Assembly: GCF_008831285.2 (NCBI RefSeq)
Contig: NC_045138.2
Location: 25,668,001-25,732,000 of the forward strand
DNA: 64,000 nucleotides
Source: Nymphaea colorata
Lineage: Eukaryota
Direction of reading: 5' to 3'
This document shows positions 52,973 through 64,000 of this stretch, piece after piece. The notes beneath the pieces were generated by a model, which saw only the letters and a list, made by a program, of their open reading frames with translations, was not told the origin of the DNA and ran no database searches. Each line of letters starts with the position of its first letter. Within the stretch, counting starts at the first letter, position 1. The translations under genes were made by a program, and so were the position numbers.

Positions 52973-53719
52973 GTTTCGGGTTGAGGTCCTGGCAGTGAAT
53001 ACCTTTTAAAGGAAAAAGGGTTTCGTTCTCTTTGGAGTATCCCCCATTTAAAGGTTGTAGGCTAATGAAATGGTATGTTACCATTGCATGAACCAATCCC
53101 AAAAGTTAGACTTAGTTCATAAAACTTTAGAACTGGGTCTGTCTTGAACCTACCTCAAAAACTGGGCTCGGTTCACGAAATTGGTATGTTACTCTTCCAT
53201 CAGTCAAACGAAGAGTTAACGAAGAAGAGAAAAGAAATGGTGTTTGTATACCTGTTTTTTGGAACTCATCTGCACCATGAAAATGTTATAGTCTTGAATG
53301 TCCATTCAAGACTATAACACTAGTGCTTCTTAGCTAAAAAATTTCAGGCTTTGCCTGTTGCTTGGTTGGCTGTCGTTTCATAATTTCAGCAAACTAAGAA
53401 AAACATGCAAGAACCCATACATCGTGTTAGTCCTTTGAAGGCAAATATCCACATGTGACTGCCATGCACAATCCACAAATTTACTTGGATTCAATATATG
53501 TTTTCATGTTTCACACTTTTGCATCCTTATCTTAGGAGCATTCGAATCAGATATAAACTTTATGATATCAGTTTTTTTGGATATCCAGTTTGAATTCATA
53601 TTCAAATTCGGATGTACAAAAATATCCGAAATCTGAATTCACAGTCTGAATGTGAACTTTAGATTAACATCAGGAACCTAATCAAACTTTTCAATCAAAT
53701 CCAAACCAATACAAATGAG

Positions 53720-54791
53720 TTCCGCAAGTCACTGAGTTTTCAAACCTTGCTTTTAAAGGGCAAACTTGAAATGTTATATAAAATCAAAGCATTAACATGG
53801 TTGCAAACCTATCAAATCAATAGCTAAACGAGTTCTGTTTAATGTCAAAATGGAGTTTTGTGAACAAGATGCAGTTAAACTCGGTCATTCATAATTCGTG
53901 ATCTTTTATGAGCACCGGAAATCTCAGGTAAACGAAGAAGTTCTGCGTGAGATTAGGTTTTTAATTATGTTACGTAATTCCATATGATTTGAAATTTTTG
54001 AAAAAAGAAAAAAAGACGGTAGATCTACGAAGGAAACTTAATTGCCATTATATCTTCTCCACTAAACAATATAAACCAGATTCTTCATTCACAAAATCAT
54101 TGACCAATAAATTAAAAAGCAAGGAATATGATCACATAGGAATATGCGCTGCCGCAGGCATTAAAGTATATATATATATAAAAGAAGTGATCACTCAGGG
54201 TTTTGTGCATTCAATTACAATCGGGATCCCGAACATCACCGAATGACAGCGTAGTCAACCTTCTAGTCGTAACAACCATTCAAAAGTGATGTGATCATAT
54301 ATATATATATATATATAAGAAAATGATCTGCTTTCGTTGATCGATTGATCAATTTCTGCTTGCCAGGTAGAGAGTTTGACTGCTGCACCTCAAGCATACG
54401 GCGGGCAAACTTGTTCCTCTCCTTCTCGCCATTCATTATTAATCTGTTTGTGGATATGGATGGATCAAACAGTGGGATTTCTTTTTGTAATAATCACTGA
54501 AATTATCTTTGTTCATTTTGTGATATTCAAAATCCTCCTCGTTTTAACCAGGGCAGACACCATGATATCATCCAACTATAGAAGAGCCAGTGGCCATTAA
54601 ATCTTTTCAAGAGATCATTGTTTTTACTTTGTCGCATTGCGTGTTTGTAATGAGATAATTGGAGTGTGCTGCGAAGGGATCCAACCGGCGGCCGGACCAA
54701 TTTCCGACACCCCTCCCCTGCACCACATTCTCTTCAACGGACTTTTACCTCTGTGTGAGAAAGAGAGAGAGGACGCCAGAGAGGGTGAGAG
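53720..54791 (+). repeat. UGT promoter region duplicated at ~58115-59154
   Basis: Collinear blocks such as AGTCACTGAGTTTT, AAGGAATATGATCACATAGGAATAT and TTTCCGACACCCCTCCCCTGCACCACATTC. Confidence 0.85.
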
Positions 54792-56234
54792 ATGACGAAG
54801 GCGAGGAGAGTGGTACTGTTTCCCGCACCAGGTGCTGGGCACCTGCTCTCCATGATCGAGCTGGCCAGGCAAATCCTGCAACACACCCACAACCTCTCCA
54901 TCACCATCCTCATCATCCGACCTCCTTCCTCATCCCCTTTTGCCTCTCCCTCCATTTCCCAACACCTTGATGCTGTGGCCGCCTCCGCCCTCGACATCAA
55001 CTTCACGGAGCTTCCTGAAGCTTCTTTTCCTGAAGTTGAATCGCAAGGCCTAGCGAGCAACCTACGCTTCATAGACAACCACAAGCCCGCCGTCTCGGAG
55101 GCCCTCACCGCTCTCCAGGAGACTACCACCATCACTGCCTTCATCTCCGACTTGTTCTGTATCTCCTCAACCAGTGCCTCTCTAGATCTCGGCATCCCCA
55201 CCTTCCTCTTCTTCACATCCGGAGCAACCACGACGTGCATCCTGATTTACTTACCGGAGATGGACCGGAAGTATGAATGCGATCTTAAAGACCTGACCGA
55301 GGAAGTAGAGATTCCCGGCTCAGTGCGCCCGCTGCCTCCATCTGCCTTGCCGGATGCTATCCTGAGGAAGGAGGAGGACAGCTACCGGTGGTTCGTACAA
55401 AACGCCCGCCTTTGTTCTGGATTGGACGGCATACTGGTGAACACCTTCAACGAGTTGCAGCCGACGGCTATCGCGGCCCTGACCGATGGACGGTGCAGCC
55501 CCAGCGACCGAACTCCGCCCGTATATCCAGTCGGACCATTGCTGAATCTGGGCGCTGCGGGGTCCGAAGCGAAGAATCACGAGTGCATCAAGTGGCTCGA
55601 CCAGCAGCCCCACTCATCCGTTCTGTTCTTGTGCTTCGGCAGCATGGGAGTCTTCCCAACCGAGCAGATTCACGAGATCGCGCGGGGGCTGGAACTCAGT
55701 GGCAAGCGATTCCTGTGGTCGCTTCGGGCTCCGACAAGGGAGCCGGGCCCTGGCTTTGCGCTGCCCCGTGATGCAAATCTGGAGGAGGTGCTGCCCGCTG
55801 GGTTCGTGGACAGAACGCGAGAGCGCGGACTGGTTTGGCCAAAGTGGGTGCCCCAGGTCGCGATTCTCTCGCATCCGGCGGTCGGCGGCTTCGTGTCGCA
55901 CTGCGGGTGGAACTCAACCCTCGAGAGCATGTGGTTTGGAGTGCCCATGATCGCTTGGCCTCTGTACGCAGAACAGGGCATGAACGCGATTGAGTTGGTG
56001 AACGTCTTGGGAGTGGGACTTGGTCTGAACAGAGAAGGCGGCGATGGCAGGAATGGAATAGTGAGAGCAGAGGAACTGTGGAGGGCGGCGAGAAGATTGA
56101 TGGAAGGTGAGGAAGGTAGAAAGGTCAGGGAGAAGATGAAGGAGATGCAAGAGTTGGGGAGGAAGGCTGTAGAGGAAGGAGGGTCGTCCTACCTCAATTT
56201 GGCGACGTTGGTCGAACGCTGGTCTACCGGCTGA
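54792..56234 (+). CDS. UDP-glycosyltransferase (GT1, group E / UGT71-UGT88-like), 480 aa, intact
   Basis: PAPGAGHL (catalytic His), FISDLFC (Asp), VLFLCFGSMG, full PSPG box WVPQVAILSHPAVGGFVSHCGWNSTLESMWFGVPMIAWPLYAEQ, GGSS near C-terminus. Confidence 0.97.
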   Translation: MTKARRVVLFPAPGAGHLLSMIELARQILQHTHNLSITILIIRPPSSSPFASPSISQHLDAVAASALDINFTELPEASFPEVESQGLASNLRFIDNHKPAVSEALTALQETTTITAFISDLFCISSTSASLDLGIPTFLFFTSGATTTCILIYLPEMDRKYECDLKDLTEEVEIPGSVRPLPPSALPDAILRKEEDSYRWFVQNARLCSGLDGILVNTFNELQPTAIAALTDGRCSPSDRTPPVYPVGPLLNLGAAGSEAKNHECIKWLDQQPHSSVLFLCFGSMGVFPTEQIHEIARGLELSGKRFLWSLRAPTREPGPGFALPRDANLEEVLPAGFVDRTRERGLVWPKWVPQVAILSHPAVGGFVSHCGWNSTLESMWFGVPMIAWPLYAEQGMNAIELVNVLGVGLGLNREGGDGRNGIVRAEELWRAARRLMEGEEGRKVREKMKEMQELGRKAVEEGGSSYLNLATLVERWSTG

Positions 56235-57273
56235 ATTCAGTAACCGCACAGAGTTAACTGCTGTTCTTGACCTGCACTTTCGTTTCAGTATAATTGATCG
56301 TACTTGGTATGCTGTTCCTTCGTTAGTGTTTTACTATACATTTGAAGGGTTTAAGTTTTTCTTTTAAAGGGCCTATTTTCAGTTTACTATGTCATAGTTA
56401 TGCAGAAGCATACAATAGTGTTGGAGAAAGACTAATCTTCGTTATTGGCTGCACTGAATATAATGCAGTTCTAAGAACATGCATCCATTCTACTAGAAGC
56501 AAGATGACACCAGTTTGTAAGTTAAGCCTAAGAGTGATTATGAATTCCCTCCATCAACTCAACTTTGAGCTTTGAAGTTTTGGGGGTGAAATGGTTGGGA
56601 TTTTACATACATCCATCAGTACCAAAAACCCTAGCAAGGAAAGAAATGCACATGATATTGTAGCGCATTTTCAAAATATTTTCAATTTTTTTTTAATGAT
56701 ATTGTTGTGCTTGTACACATGACAATCATGATATTAATATGAAACATTGACCAATATCGATCGATCGCAGTAATTATCAGATACGGTTTCGTTTGTTCCT
56801 ACATGTCCCTGTTTATAACTTGGAACCGATTAAATTGTAAACATAAGATAAGAATGTTTGATTCGATTCTGTTAATTCTATTATGGTTTGCGCATAATGA
56901 AAAATAAGTTCTTTTTCAAGTGTACATTTGACATTATTTCTATGAAACCACTAACTATTGTTGTATCGAAAATAAATGTACTTACCGCATAATCTACTAA
57001 ATATTAACGCGTGTCCTTGAGGCGGCCTGCTTCTTTGGACACATCAATAAGCAGTTGATCGCCAACCTTAGTAAAGCTTGTTATGAATCTGTATATCATT
57101 GTGTAAGATTGAGATTGAGGGAAAATAAGTTTCGAAGGAAAACCAAGAAAGATCCATATCACTAATAGAAACCATTTGGGATATTATATACAGATAGATC
57201 TCATCCATAATTTGTATATGATCGAGCAATACGTGCAGGGCTCTATTTTCTTATAGATACCATGCTTGGCCCG

Positions 57274-57385
57274 AAGTGGTGGAGGTGGGCAGATGTGGGC
57301 CATTGCCCCCACTAGCTTACAGAAACTGTCAGATTCATACATTGGTACCTTATCAATTTTAACTTATGTAATATAAGTGTTCTTT

Positions 57386-57422
<37 letters not shown>

Positions 57423-57662
57423 CAATATGTATGCCTTTGGCTATGGGTAGCAATAGTTATGGACAGAGACCGTTGTGATTTAGAAATCGCCCACTGCATC
57501 GGCAGAACCCTGTGGGCTAGCATGTGCAGTTGTCTGTGTATTAGTGCCGTATACTTTTTTAGTGCATATTTAAAGGGTTTTAGTGCATATTTAAAGGGTT
57601 TAATATTGTTTTAAAAGTGTTTAATTTTAGGATACCGTGCATTGGTTTCTGCATCCACTACT
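57274..57662. mobile_element. Possible hAT-like MITE containing a (TA)n tract
   Basis: Imperfect terminal inverted motifs AGTGGTGGA ... TCCACTACT; (TA)n at 57389-57420. Confidence 0.3.
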
Positions 57663-59154
57663 CGCATGTACAGTAGTGTGCATTATTATTGAGGTAACAT
57701 CTAACCCTCGATATATTAAGCTGACCAGCAAACTTTGGCGCCCTTAAAACCACAGGATATTAGTAGCGGCTTCCTTATTTTTCCGTCCCTATATTTTGAC
57801 CCTTTGGAAAGTGTGCATGTTACACAAATATACTTGTAAATGATACCAAAACCGCATGTTATATCTCAGTGTAGTCTATGTATATTTATATAAGTATATA
57901 GCATAATTGTAGTAAATATGTTATTAAACTTTGAACGTTTTGTTATATGCATATACATTATTATTCATGTAATTTATGGTATATCATTATTGTAACAAAT
58001 GAAAATCATAATTTTATACAGATGAAAATATACTTTCAGCGAAAAACAATTTTATCGATACGAGGCCGAGTTAACCTTGCAAGTTGCGAGCCAAGTCGGT
58101 CCGCATCAGGGCCCTGCGAGTCACTGAGTTTTAAAACCTTGCTTTTAAAGGACAAACTTGAAATGTTTATGAAGTCTACGCATTGATATGGTTGCCAACC
58201 TATCAAACAGATAGCTAAATTCGGTCATTCAGAATCCGTGATCTTTTACAAGCGCTAGAAATCTCAGGTAAACAAAGAAGTTTCGATCATGGAAGCGTGA
58301 GGTTAGGTTTTTAATAATGCAACGTAATTACATATAATTTGAAATTTTGGAAAAAAAAAAAAGTTAAAAAAGACGGTTGTTCTACGAAAGAAACTTAATT
58401 GCCATGATATCTTCTCCATTGAACAATATAAGCCAAATTCTTGATTCCCAAAATCATTGAGCAATAAACTAAAAAGCAAGGAATATGATCACATAGGAAT
58501 ATCCGCTGCCGCAGCCATTAAATTAATATATATATATATATATAGTCACGAACATCACGGATGACAACCTAGTCAATCTTCGATCCCCGAACATCACCGT
58601 TTGACAGCCGAGTCAATCTTCTAGTCGTAACAACATTCGAAAGTAATGGTGGTCATATATATATAAGACAATGCTTGATCGATTTTCGTTGCTTTTCTGC
58701 TTGCCTGGTAGAGAGTTCGACTGTGACTTGATCTGCACCTCAAGCAAACGGCGGACAAACTTGTTCCTCTCCTCCTCTCCATGAATTATTAGTCATCCAT
58801 ACGAACCTGCGTCACGACATGTCGATATGGATGGATAAAACGGTGGGATTTCTTTTTGTTCAATTTGTGATATTCAAAATCCTCTTCTTTTTAACCAGGG
58901 CAGACCCCATGACATTATCCAACTACAAAAGAGCCAGAGGCCATTAAATCTTTTTAAAAGATCGTTGTTTTCACTTTGGAGCATTGCCTGTTTGTGATGA
59001 GACAATTTAGAGTGTGGTGCGAAGGCATGTAGTTTCGATCAGTCCAACCGGCGGCTGGACCCATTTCCGACACCCCTCCCCTGCACCACATTCTCTTCAA
59101 CGGACTTTTACCTCTGTGTGAGAAAGAGATAGAGAGCGCCAGAGAGGGTGAGAG

Positions 59155-59863
59155 ATGATGAAGGCGAGGAGAGTGGTAATGTTTCCCGCACCAGGTGCTG
59201 GGCACCTGCTCTCCATGATCGAGCTGGCCAGGCAAATTCTGCAACACACCCACAACCTCTCCATAACCGTCCTCATCATCCGACCTCCTTCCTCATCAAC
59301 TTTTGCCTCTTCCTCCATTTCCTACCACCTTGATGCCGTGGCTGCCTCCGAACTCGACATCAACTTCAGGGAGCTTCCTCAAGCTGCTTTTCCAGAAGTT
59401 GAATCGGAAGGCCTGGCGTGCAACCTACGCTTCATAGACAACCACAAGCCCGCCGTCTCGGAGGCCCTCACCGCTCTCCAGGAGACTACCACCATCACTG
59501 CCTTCATCGTCGACTTGTTCTGCATCTCCTCAACCAGTGCCTCTCTAGATCTCGGCATCCCCATTCCTCTTCTTCACATCCGGAGCAACCACGACGTGCA
59601 TCGTGATTTACTTGCCGGAGATGGACTGGAAGTATGAATGCGATCTCAAAGACCTGACCAAGGAAGTAGAGCTTCCCGGCTCAGTGCGCCCGCTGCCTTC
59701 ATCTGCCTTGCCGAATGCAATCCTGAGGAAGAAGGAGGACGGCTACCGGTGGTCCGCACAAAACACCCGCCTTTGTTCTGGTTTGGACGGCATGCTGGTG
59801 GACACCTTCAACGAGTTGCAGCCGACGGCTATCGAGGCCCTGACCGATGGACGGTGTAGCTAA
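59155..59863 (+). pseudogene. UGT pseudogene (frameshifted and 3'-truncated copy of 54792 gene)
   Basis: Near-identical to the 5' half of the intact UGT; 2-bp deletion at ~59563 (CCCCACCTTCC to CCCCATTCC); homology stops at DGRCS (59860); no PSPG box. Confidence 0.92.
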
Positions 59864-60045
59864 AAGTGAGAAAGCCGCCAGTCAGTGATAATTTTACTGA
59901 CGACAGAAGGAACGTGTTGATACATTTACTGATGGTGACCATCTCTATCACTAAAATTCAACTTTTACTGACAGTGTCATCCATCAGTACAACTTTGACC
60001 TTCATCGATAACATCGTCAACGGTCAGTGAAAATCTATTATTTAT
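59864..60045. mobile_element. Possible CACTA-type subterminal-repeat fragment
   Basis: TTTACTGA(C/T) and TCAGT(G/A) repeated in both orientations at the UGT truncation point; no CACTA terminus seen. Confidence 0.4.
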
Positions 60046-61194
60046 AAACGGAAAATACCATAGAACATATGTAACCGTCATTTAATGTTTAACTCAAGAA
60101 ACAAAGAAATCAAAGCAGAACTGCTTGCAGCTTCGACTTGACTTTTGGAAGTCGAATATAACTGTGATCTGTAGCTTTAAACTAATTAATAACTTATTCG
60201 GACAGTAAAAATAATGATTGGATTGGATGAACATGTTCGACTCTCTGCTTGCACACTTTGTGGCCAGGCTCCTTGTTCATTCACAAAATTATACAAAAGC
60301 CAAAAGACATTGTTGATGGAAAATCCTTGATTAATCTCTACTGCACAAAATCCAAATTTGTTTTATGAATTTCATGCATGAAAGACTATTCATCACATAA
60401 ACAAAGCTAATGGACATAGCCAAAATGTCGTTCGATGGCATTATTTCTCACTAAAGTTTTTCTCACAGTAAAAACTTGTTTTTGGATGGAAAACCCGGGG
60501 TGGGCGCCAGAAGCAAAACTTCGTTTTAGAAACCTTGTCTTTTCGTGAAACGCTATTTTGGGTTTGAAAACAAAGTTTTGAGCGTGCATCCAAACACGCC
60601 CTTGAGGCATTTAATTATGTTTCAAAATTTCATCTAATTTGAAATTTTGAAAAAAAGAAAAACTAAAACGATTTGATCCTGATACCTAATCAATTTTCAC
60701 CAGATTCCTTGACAATCATTGATGAGGAAACCACTTATCCTCGCAGCAATAAATTTGAAAGTAATTAGGATGACAATACGCACTATGGCAAGCACCAAAA
60801 AACTTTGTTTCTTATATTTATTTATGACGGTCGTTAACGTCTCTTGATTTGGCAGTATATTGCCATTTCCACTCTCACGCTCTATCAGTGTATATGCGAC
60901 TAATTAAGCCATGTTTAGAGTTTGGAGTTGACGGGAAGGATGAACATCCCAGCATCCCCAGATAGAAAAAGGCCCATTTGAAAGGGGATAAATTAAAGAT
61001 GAAGAATTGAAAATTTTTTGTAAGGAAATACTACTGAAAGATGAGATAAATTGTTGGAAAACCATGTCCATTCGAGTTATTCCAGTGGCGGCCGGACTTA
61101 TTTCGGACGCCCCTGACCAAGCAAATTCCCTTCAACAGCATCCTTCCTGATCTTTTACTACCAGAAAGACAGACAGGGAGAGACACAGAGAGAG

Positions 61195-62557
61195 ATGATG
61201 AAGGGGAGGACTGTGGTACTGCTCCCCACACCAGGAGCTGGGCACCTGGTCGCCATGATCGAGCTGGCAAAGCAAATTCTACATCACACCCGAAACCTCT
61301 CCATCACCATCCTCATCATCCGACCTCCCTCCTCCTCCCCCTTTGCCTCTTCCTCCATCTCCCAACACCTTGATGCTGTGGCTGCCTCCGGCCTCGACAT
61401 CAACTCCGTGGAGCTTCACCAACCTGCTCTTTCTGAACTCGAAGGCCAGGCGAACCACCTAGCCTTCCTAGACAACCAGAAATCCGCTGTCTCCGAGGCC
61501 CTCACCGCGCTCCAGCAAACCACCACCATCCTTGCTTTCATCGCCGATTGGCTCTGCATCGCAACAACCACAGCCTCTCTAGAGCTCGGCATCCCCACCT
61601 TCGTCCTCTTCACATCCGGTGCAACCACACTCTGCCTTTTCATTTACTTACCGGAGATGGATCGGAACTATGAACAAGATTTCAAAGACGTGACCGAGAA
61701 AGTCGAGTTTCCAGGCTCACTGCCGCTGCCTTCATCTGCATTGCCAATTTTTTTACAGGGAAAGGAGGAGGGAGGGTATCAATGGGTCCTAAGAAATGCC
61801 CATCTTTATTCTGGATTGGACGGGATACTAGTGAACAGCTTCAACGAGTTGCAGCCGCGGGCTATCGAGGCCTTGACCGACGGACTGTGCTGCCCTGGGG
61901 GCCGAACCCCGCCCGTATATTCCGTCGGACCATTGTTGGATCTGGGCACTGCTGGGTCCGACTCAAACGGCCAGGACTGCATCAAGTGGCTCGACCAACA
62001 GCCCCACTCATCTGTCCTGTTCTTGTGCTTCGGCAGCATGGGCGCCTTCCCAACCGAGCAGATTCACGAGATCGCGCGCGGGCTGGAACTCAGCGGCCAG
62101 CGATTCCTGTGGTCGCTCCGGGTTCGTGGAGAGGACGAGAGAGCGCGGACTGGTCTGGCCGAAGTGGGCGCCCCAGGTCGCCATTCTCTCGCACTCGGCA
62201 GTTGGTGGGTTCGTGTCGCATTGCGGATGGAACTCCACCCTCGAGAGCATGTGGTTCGGAGTGCCCATCATCGCTTGGCCTCTGTACGCAGAACAAGTGT
62301 TGAACGCGTTTGAGTTGGTGAATGCCTTGGGAGTGGGATTAGCTCTGAACAGAGAAGGCGATGATGGCAGTAGTGGAATAGTCAGAGCAGAAGAACTGGA
62401 GAGGGCTGTGAGGAGCTTGATGGAAGTTGATGAGGAAGGTGCGAAAGTTCGTGAGAAGATGAAGGAGATGAAGGAGTTGGGGAGGAAGGCTGTAGTAGAA
62501 GGAGGGTCATCCTACCTCAATTTTGCAACTTTGGTCGGAAAGTGGACTACTGGCTGA
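61195..62557 (+). pseudogene. UGT copy 3, frameshifted by a 74-bp deletion at 62122/62123
   Basis: ORFs 61195-62313 and 62126-62557 together give a full UGT; relative to the intact copy the segment equivalent to 55729-55802 is missing between GGG repeats; PSPG box intact in the second frame. Confidence 0.88.
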
Positions 62558-62745
62558 ATTAATTAACAGCAGTTCAATCTTGTAATCTTCCAGATCATAT
62601 TGTACGAGAGATAACGTCATCCGTTTGCTGACGATAAAGGCAATTTGTTGGGACCATTTTCGAAAATGTGAAAACATCGACTACCAGATCATTCCCTTGG
62701 GTGTTGCCTTAGTTGCTCTCATGCATAAGTGTTCATCGTCCCCTG

Positions 62746-63960
62746 TTACAACCATGTCATCAACTTACACTGTGACCACCTATGTTTCCTTTTGTGAATT
62801 ACTAGATTATGGTCTGGAAAGCTCTGAGTGTAGCCCATCTTTATCAATTTGCTACTAAGTTTGGTAAACCACACTAATGGTGATTGTTTTAAGCAGTAGA
62901 GTGACTTGTTTTGACTGTTTCTCTTACAGTCCTTGTAGTAATTCCATATAAATATCTTTTGAATTGCCATTTAGGAAGGTGTTTTTAGTATCTAGTTGAT
63001 ATAGTGATCACTTTTTCGCAGCTGCCGCAAATAAGAGAATTCTGATTGTAATCTTTGCAATTGGAACGAAGGTTTCATGGAAGTTTACTCCTTCTACCTG
63101 CATGTGCCCTTTGGCCACGAATTTGTCCTCAAATCTCTCTATTTCCTCGCAACTCTTGTATTTGATTTTGTAGGTCCACTAGCAAACTACTGCTCTTTTA
63201 CCTTGTTGCAATGGTACTATTTGATAGGTGTTATTTTCATCTACAGATTTGAGCTCCTCTCATAGACACTTACCATTCTGATTTTGTGTTTGCCTCAGAA
63301 AAGCTCTGAGGCTCTTTCTGAGAAACACACTTATCATGAAATTTGTTCTGAACTTTCTGGATGTCTTTGCGCCATAATTGAAGTCAGCTACCAAGTATTT
63401 TTCTTGATGCTTTCACATAATATGTCGGGAAATCTTTAAGCCGAGCTGGCAATTGACTCACTCTGGAGGACCGACGTAGTCGACCCTTGAGTGTTCTATT
63501 CGTCATTGCCATGAGCCGCGAGCGTATTCGGTTCTTGATAGCCGTGGGTTGTACTGTCTCCAATATTAGCATTTAATTCCAGTGTAGGAGAGCACTGAAT
63601 GACTGCACTAATTGTATTTAGTGCAGATGGAAGTGGGTACACCAATATATTGAATGCAGGGATAGGAATGTTTAATGCACGCATAGGAGGGTACTCTTCT
63701 ACTGACTGCACTAATTGTATTTAGTGCAGATGGAAGTGGGTACACCAATATATCGAATGCAGGCATTGGAATGATTAATGCACGCATAGGAGGGTACTCT
63801 TCTCTACGACTCTACCTAATGCAGGCATATGAAACAACACTGCTTTGTCCGACAAAATTATGTTTCTGTGCTTATACACCCCATTTTTTTGTGCACTTCC
63901 CGGGCATGTAGTTGATGTACCATGCCCTTTCCTTTAAGAAAGTTTTTCAAACTTCTCGTT
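62746..63960 (-). mobile_element. Decayed Ty1/copia pol remnant (integrase, linker, RT)
   Basis: Minus-strand peptides TCPGSAQKNGV (integrase-like), LRRSSR..PARLKDF (linker), FVAKGHMQVEGVNFHETF, YQLDTKNTFL and KSLYCLKQSPLVWF (RT), broken by stops and frameshifts. Confidence 0.85.
63600..63803. repeat. 103-bp tandem duplication inside the copia remnant
   Basis: TGACTGCACTAATTGTATTTAGTGCAGATGG...GGGTACTCTTCT starts at 63600 and 63703. Confidence 0.9.
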
Positions 63961-64000
63961 CACAAATTCTACTAGTTCAGACACATCGTCCTCTAAGTTC

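Noticed and set aside
60420..60602. Tourist-like MITE end CATCCAAACACGCCC
   Set aside because: No matching left terminal repeat or TSD found.
1..64000. CRISPR arrays, rRNA, tRNA, snRNA or prokaryote-type operons
   Set aside because: No repeat-spacer periodicity and no recognisable structural RNA sequence; tandem repeats here are two-copy local duplications.

Overview
Flowering-plant nuclear DNA (spliced genes, Ty1/copia elements, MITE-like debris); the species cannot be fixed from sequence alone. Left to right: (1) a ~1.8 kb internally deleted Ty1/copia element (gag N-terminus joined to RNase H C-terminus, LTRs rich in DRE/CRT motifs) inserted in a DUF26/Gnk2 gene; (2) a cluster of DUF26 genes, two intact and two broken, each with a small second exon missed by the ORF track that encodes a hydrophobic C-terminal tail (GPI-signal/TM-like), plus an orphan promoter of a deleted copy; (3) a 3-coding-exon Arg/Ser/Lys-rich protein gene; (4) a 5-exon clade-F-like PP2C; (5) a MAKR/BKI1-like single-exon gene; (6) a ~11 kb stretch with no recognisable protein gene, made of a triplicated ~550 bp non-coding unit, other duplicated blocks and a diverged ~400 bp inverted repeat; (7) an RR-type tandem CCCH zinc-finger gene; (8) a three-copy UDP-glycosyltransferase array, one intact and two disabled; (9) a decayed copia pol remnant. 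Gene models were built by hand from GT/AG sites and frame continuity. No database search was run. I found no clearly new biological system. The best leads are the tail-anchored DUF26 cluster, the gag-only copia element and the triplicated non-coding unit.
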